DNA of 64,000 nucleotides from an uncultured Bdellovibrionales bacterium (GTDB lineage Bacteria; Patescibacteriota; Minisyncoccia; Moranbacterales; UBA9337): NCBI GenBank assembly GCA_964605525.1, contig CAZSCV010000004.1, positions 38,667 to 102,666 of the forward strand, read 5' to 3'. Shown piece by piece: positions 59,750 to 64,000 of this stretch (position 1 is its first letter; each line of letters starts with the position of its first letter). The notes under the pieces were generated by a model. It saw only the letters and a program-made list of their open reading frames with translations, ran no database searches and was not told where the DNA came from. The position numbers and the translations under genes were made by a program.

Positions 59750-61063
59750 CTATAATTTTTCCAAAACCTTAAACACTTCTTCATTTGTGAGCATTCCTTT
59801 GACATAGCTGTATACGCGCTCCATATCCATATTCTTTTCCAAGTCTTTCACTCCTTTGTACTGAGCCAAAAGCTTATTCATTTCCGCTTCGATTTTTTCA
59901 CTGGAAATTTCTATTTCTTTTTGTTTGGCAACTTCTTCCAAAACCAAAGCCGATTTGATTCTTTTTTCCGCCTGTGGCTTCCATTCTTTTTCCAGATCTT
60001 GGCGAGTTTTCTTTCCTCCAGAGGCGGATCCGCTTTGAGCGGACATTTTTTCCAAATAAGTCGCAATATCCATTCCCGCCCCTTGAAGCTGAATTTCAAA
60101 TTCACCAATCATTCGATGCAATTCTTCATGAACCAAAATTTCCGGCAATTGGACTTTCAATTTCTCAATCAAGAACTCAACAGTTGCAGTCCGCGCACCT
60201 TCCTTTTTCTGAATTTCTTTTTCTTTTACAATTCCATCCTCAATACTTTTTTCCAATTCCAAAAGATTTTTGAAATTTCCGAGAGAAACAGCAAATTCAT
60301 CGCTAATTTCCGGAGTTTTTCTTTCTTGAACCACATTGATTTTCACTTTAAACTGCGCCGGCTTTCCCGCCAAATCCTTGGCATGATAATCCTCAGGAAA
60401 TTTCAATTCAAATTCTTTTTCTTCTCCCGCTTTGGCACCAATCAAATTATCTTCAAAACCAGGGATAAAAACTCCCCGCCCCAAAATCAAATTGTGCTTC
60501 TTGCTCGTTCCATTTTCAATCGGAACGCCTTCTCTATTCACTTGAAAATCAATTTCCACATTATCCCCTTCTCTGGCCTCACGATCAACCGTAATCATTT
60601 GAACCCGGCTGTTTGCCAATTTATCCAATTCCTTTTTAACATCTTCTTTACTGATCTCAATTTTCTTTCCACTTTGCTCCTTGTTGATTTTTTTCACTCC
60701 GTCCGTCCAATTTTCCATTTTAACCTCAGGCATAACGGCAGTTTTCACTTTGTATTCCAAATCATTTCCCTCGGCCAATTTCAAAATTTCCACCCGCGGA
60801 GCGCCAATAACATCAATTTTTTCATCCATAATCAAACGCGCGTAATTTTTCTGAATCGCTTTTTCAGCCGCTCCGTTTAAAATCGCTTCTTTGCCTATTT
60901 TCTTTTCAATTATATCCCGCGGAACTTTTCCAGGACGAAATCCCTCAACTTTGATACCTTTTGAGATTTCTTCCGTCGCCAAATCCAAATATTTTTCCCA
61001 CTCCTTCCAAGGAATCGATGCTTTTATTTCAATTTCCGAATTTTCTAATTTTTTGATATCCAT
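59750..61063 (-). CDS. tig: trigger factor
   Basis: N-terminal ribosome-binding domain (…GFRPGKVPR…), PPIase and C-terminal domains; 437 aa. Confidence 0.9.
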   Translation of the reverse strand: MDIKKLENSEIEIKASIPWKEWEKYLDLATEEISKGIKVEGFRPGKVPRDIIEKKIGKEAILNGAAEKAIQKNYARLIMDEKIDVIGAPRVEILKLAEGNDLEYKVKTAVMPEVKMENWTDGVKKINKEQSGKKIEISKEDVKKELDKLANSRVQMITVDREAREGDNVEIDFQVNREGVPIENGTSKKHNLILGRGVFIPGFEDNLIGAKAGEEKEFELKFPEDYHAKDLAGKPAQFKVKINVVQERKTPEISDEFAVSLGNFKNLLELEKSIEDGIVKEKEIQKKEGARTATVEFLIEKLKVQLPEILVHEELHRMIGEFEIQLQGAGMDIATYLEKMSAQSGSASGGKKTRQDLEKEWKPQAEKRIKSALVLEEVAKQKEIEISSEKIEAEMNKLLAQYKGVKDLEKNMDMERVYSYVKGMLTNEEVFKVLEKL

Positions 61064-61116
61064 GATTTTATCTTTTTTTAAAATTTAAGCTTTTCAAAAT
61101 TAAATTAAACGTTATC

Positions 61117-61270
61117 CTTTCCGAAAAATAATAAATTTTTCTTTTTACTCACGTCTTTGTGCGTATAAATAAAGAACTTTATTCCTGAACCAACCGATGT
61201 TTTACAAAGAAAGAATAAACTGACCAAAAGGGACGGTTGGAAAAAGAAAAATTTATTATTTTTCGGAAAG
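61117..61270. mobile_element. 154-bp element with 24-bp perfect TIRs (copy B), 54 bp upstream of tig
   Basis: Same termini and internal stems as copy A; ~88% identity, differences concentrated in loop regions. Confidence 0.55.
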
Positions 61271-61307
61271 TTTCGCGGAAATAATTCAAAAGTGTAAGAC
61301 AAGAAAA

Positions 61308-61841
61308 TTATTTCCCAAATTTATCTTGATACATTTTTAAAGATTTTTTTACCGCTTCTAGTGCCTTGACCCTTCCTTCGGTTTTCTTGATCACAACTTC
61401 TTTTCCATCTTCGATAGATTTATATGTCTCAAAAAAATGTTTGAATTCTTTGAGCATATGAGGATTCAAATCCTTCATATCTTTTACTCCATCCCATCTT
61501 GGATCATTTTTCGGCACAGCAATGATTTTGTCATCCCCTTCCCCGCAATCAATCATCCTCATCACAGCTACCGGGCGCACTTCCACTAAAATTCCCGGAC
61601 TTAGAGCATATGTCGAAAGCACAATCACATCCAATGGATCGTTGTCTTCCCAAAGTGTTTGTGGAACAAACCCATAATCAAAAGGGTAATCTTGAGAAGT
61701 TTTCATTGCGCGATCCAGTTTTATCAATCCGGTTTCCTTGTCGATTTCATACTTGTTTTTTGATCCGCGAGGACACTCAATAATAACATTGATAGTTTTT
61801 GGGGTGTTTTTTCCTGCAGATATCTCATGCCACATGTTCAT
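61308..61841 (-). CDS. ppa: inorganic pyrophosphatase (family I)
   Basis: …DYPFDYGFVPQTL…DPLDVIVL… metal-binding Asp cluster; 177 aa. Confidence 0.9.
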   Translation of the reverse strand: MNMWHEISAGKNTPKTINVIIECPRGSKNKYEIDKETGLIKLDRAMKTSQDYPFDYGFVPQTLWEDNDPLDVIVLSTYALSPGILVEVRPVAVMRMIDCGEGDDKIIAVPKNDPRWDGVKDMKDLNPHMLKEFKHFFETYKSIEDGKEVVIKKTEGRVKALEAVKKSLKMYQDKFGK

Positions 61842-61851
61842 AACTTCACAA

Positions 61852-61882
61852 TTTCTAATTTCTAATTTCTAATTTCTAATCA
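61852..61882. repeat. microsatellite (atttcta)x4 upstream of ppa
   Basis: Direct tandem heptamers. Confidence 0.4.
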
Positions 61883-61999
61883 ATTTTCAATGATTAAATT
61901 TAAAATTTAAAAACAGAAACTTCTTTTATTTTATTAGTATTTACTCTTTTTTATTACTGTTCTTTATTCATTGTTCACTGTTTCCTGTTCATTGCTTGC

Positions 62000-63301
62000 C
62001 TATTTCTCATCAACTGCCTCTTGCTCGCTGTTTTCTACTTTTTGTTCATCACCTTCCGGCGCAACCTCTTCTTTGCTTTTTCCTCCTACCACATCAATTT
62101 TCCAATCCGTGAGCTTGGCTGCCAAACGGACATTTTGTCCTCTTTTTCCAATCGCCAAAGACAATTGATCCTCGGGAACAACCACTTTCGCCTGCTTGGT
62201 GTTTTCATTTATTTCAATTGAAAGAACTTTAGCAGGACTCATTGCCGCACTGATAAATTTTTTCGGATCTTTGTTCCACAAAATAATATCAATTTTTTCT
62301 CCGCTCAATTCTTCAATAACCGCCTGAACGCGTGTTCCTTTTTGTCCCACGCAAGACCCAATCGGATCAATTCCCTCTTCTTTGGATGAAACGGCAATCT
62401 TGGTGCGTCCTCCGGCTTCTCTGGCAATGGCATTAATTTCCACTGTTCCGGCAAATATTTCCGGCACTTCTAATTCAAAAATCCGGCGCACCATTTCCGG
62501 ATGGGTTCTGGAAAGCAAAATTCCGGGACCCTTAGTGTCAGATTCAACTTTCACGATATATACTTTAATTCTTTGCCCGATACGATAATTTTCTCCTTCA
62601 ATTTGCTCAGATGGAAACAAGACTCCGGTGGATTTTCCCATATCAATAAACACATTACGCCCTTCAACCCGCTGCACTGTTCCGCTGATAATTTCACCTT
62701 CTTTCTCTTTGTATTCTTTGAACATCGCTTCTCTTTCAGCCTCTCGGATTCTTTGGATAATTACCTGCTTGGCTGTTTGAGCGGCAATCCGTCCGTAATC
62801 TTCTTTGGATTCCAATTCATTTTCAATAAAATCTCCGAGCTTGGCATCTTTTTTTACTTTCTTTGCTTCAGCCAAAAGAACATCCCTTTCCGGATTAAAT
62901 CGCGGCAATTTTTCCTCATCGGAAAGCGCGGACTCTTCGGACATAGCGGATTTCTCCGATTTTGCATCTTTTTTCTTGTCTGCTTTTTGCTCTTTGTTTT
63001 TTGCTCCTTGCTCTTTGTTCTCGTCCTCTTCAACGACAAATTCGCGAGTCGTTTCATCTACCACCTCTTTTACCAAGAAAAATTTGGTTCTTCCGGAAAT
63101 CTCATCGAACTGGGCGCGGATATTCTGGCTTCTTTTGCCATAATCCTTTTTATACGCCGCCGCTAGGGCCGCTTCAACAGTTTCAATTATTTTGGCTTTA
63201 TCGATGCCTTTTTCATCAGCAATTTGAGTGATTGCACTTCCAAATTCAACCAATTTCGCATTAGCTTCTTTTTCTTCTGTTTTCTTGCTTTTTTTTGCCA
63301 T
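62000..63301 (-). CDS. nusA: transcription termination/antitermination factor NusA
   Basis: NusA N-terminal domain, S1 and two KH domains (…LSLAIGKRGQNVRLAAKLTDWKIDV…); KE-rich insertion. Confidence 0.9.
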   Translation of the reverse strand: MAKKSKKTEEKEANAKLVEFGSAITQIADEKGIDKAKIIETVEAALAAAYKKDYGKRSQNIRAQFDEISGRTKFFLVKEVVDETTREFVVEEDENKEQGAKNKEQKADKKKDAKSEKSAMSEESALSDEEKLPRFNPERDVLLAEAKKVKKDAKLGDFIENELESKEDYGRIAAQTAKQVIIQRIREAEREAMFKEYKEKEGEIISGTVQRVEGRNVFIDMGKSTGVLFPSEQIEGENYRIGQRIKVYIVKVESDTKGPGILLSRTHPEMVRRIFELEVPEIFAGTVEINAIAREAGGRTKIAVSSKEEGIDPIGSCVGQKGTRVQAVIEELSGEKIDIILWNKDPKKFISAAMSPAKVLSIEINENTKQAKVVVPEDQLSLAIGKRGQNVRLAAKLTDWKIDVVGGKSKEEVAPEGDEQKVENSEQEAVDEK

Positions 63302-63420
63302 ATAATTTTTTAAGTTAATTTAATAAAAAAGTTCGCTCTCAAAAGCGAACCCATCTCTCATCTCAATCCTATTTTCATTATAGCAAGCAAAAGGACTCAA
63401 GTCAAGGTGAGGCAAAAAGG

Positions 63421-63522
63421 TTTCAAGAGACCATACCCCGCGATCGCAAAGCGATTTCAAGAGACCATACCCCGCGATCGCAAAGCGGTTTCAAGGGGCC
63501 GTGCCCCGCGATCGCAAAGCGG
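63421..63522. repeat. three tandem copies of a 34-bp unit containing GCGATCGC
   Basis: tttcaagagaccataccccgcgatcgcaaagcgg x2 exact, third copy diverged (…ggggccgtgcc…); final copy forms ccccgc…gcgggg hairpin. Upstream of nusA, GC-enriched. No spacers, so not CRISPR. Confidence 0.55.
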
Positions 63523-63689
63523 TTTTGCGGGGTTGACTTTTTGACGAAAATATGCTAGGATAGAACGTTATGAAGGCGTTCTTCATAATTTGGCACTTTA
63601 CCCGATTTGAGGGAAAACCAAGAGCCAATCCCGGCTCTTTGACAAGTTAATATTATGCAAAAAAGTCCAAAAGGACAAGGAGGATGTTA

Positions 63690-64000
63690 TGGCGATAGGA
63701 AGATTTCTGGGTGAAGCAATAACGGAAGGACTCATTTTCCGTTTTTTAGCAAACATATGGCGATCCCTAAGCGGTGCCGCCACTGGAAAACTCGGAGAAA
63801 AGGTAGTAGAAAAAATGGTAGATAGTCAAGGTCGTAGCCTTGATGATGAAACATATTTTTCCGCTTTGTTGGCCAAAGCGCAAGACCCAAATAATAGGAA
63901 AAGTATTCTTCGTGAGGTCATAAAAGAATTAGATGAGGAAGATGCTCGGAATAAAACTCGCTATGTAAGAAATTTCCGACTCATCATTGCGATCGATGTA
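63690..64000 (+). CDS. 5' part of an unidentified CDS (runs off the window)
   Basis: RBS AGGAGG 8 nt upstream of ATG 63690; open to the window end (MAIGRFLGEAITEGLIFRFLANIWRSL…). Confidence 0.45.

Noticed and set aside
52244-63522. Possible CRISPR arrays at the 40-bp (52244-52330) and 34-bp (63421-63522) tandem repeats
   Set aside because: Repeat units are directly adjacent with no intervening unique spacers, and no cas genes are nearby. The isolated Cas2-like domain at 1352..1942 is a regulator fusion. Classified as simple tandem repeats.

Overview
AT-rich (~35% GC) bacterial chromosomal segment that looks like a Candidate Phyla Radiation/Patescibacteria-type genome: Lys/Glu-rich tails on ribosomal proteins S6, L19 and S1, many small hypothetical membrane proteins, TTG starts. 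The housekeeping backbone is gyrB, a uvrA–uvrC–uvrA–uvrB cluster holding two full-length UvrA paralogs, efp, rpsF–ssb–rpsR, rplS, rpsA, cmk, tilS, ftsH, rny, hup, gpmI, clpP, tig, ppa, nusA, two sigma factors and eight tRNAs. Several unusual elements sit on top of this backbone. (1) A complete diversity-generating retroelement (DGR) at 55.8–58.8 kb: reverse transcriptase, Avd-like gene, a 115-bp template repeat (TR) and a variable repeat (VR) in the C-terminal FGE/C-type-lectin-like fold of a target protein. All 12 Asn (AAY) codons of the TR are substituted in the VR. A (G)9 tract separates the RT body from its ATG start. (2) A tRNA-Phe(GAA) gene interrupted in the anticodon loop by a 233-nt group I intron, inside a five-tRNA cluster. 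(3) A ~154-bp element with 24-bp perfect terminal inverted repeats, present in three copies directly upstream of efp, tig and clpP (the clpP copy internally deleted). (4) A GC-rich palindromic mini-element inserted in frame in uvrC, with a second intergenic copy and a half-copy encoding a Pro-rich linker. (5) A SipW-type signal peptidase with two TasA/camelysin-like proteins carrying SipW-cognate signals, next to a lamin-tail-domain protein. (6) A winged-helix plus Cas2-like fusion gene bracketed by inverted copies of a 37-bp palindrome. (7) An accessory region (30.9–36.9 kb) next to the tRNA cluster with an RHH repressor, an orphan Panacea/SocA protein, a TrmB regulator, a four-copy repeat family and a candidate small RNA. 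Several tandem repeats, a 26-bp perfect inverted repeat upstream of tRNA-Val and microsatellites are also present. No CRISPR array or rRNA gene is present.
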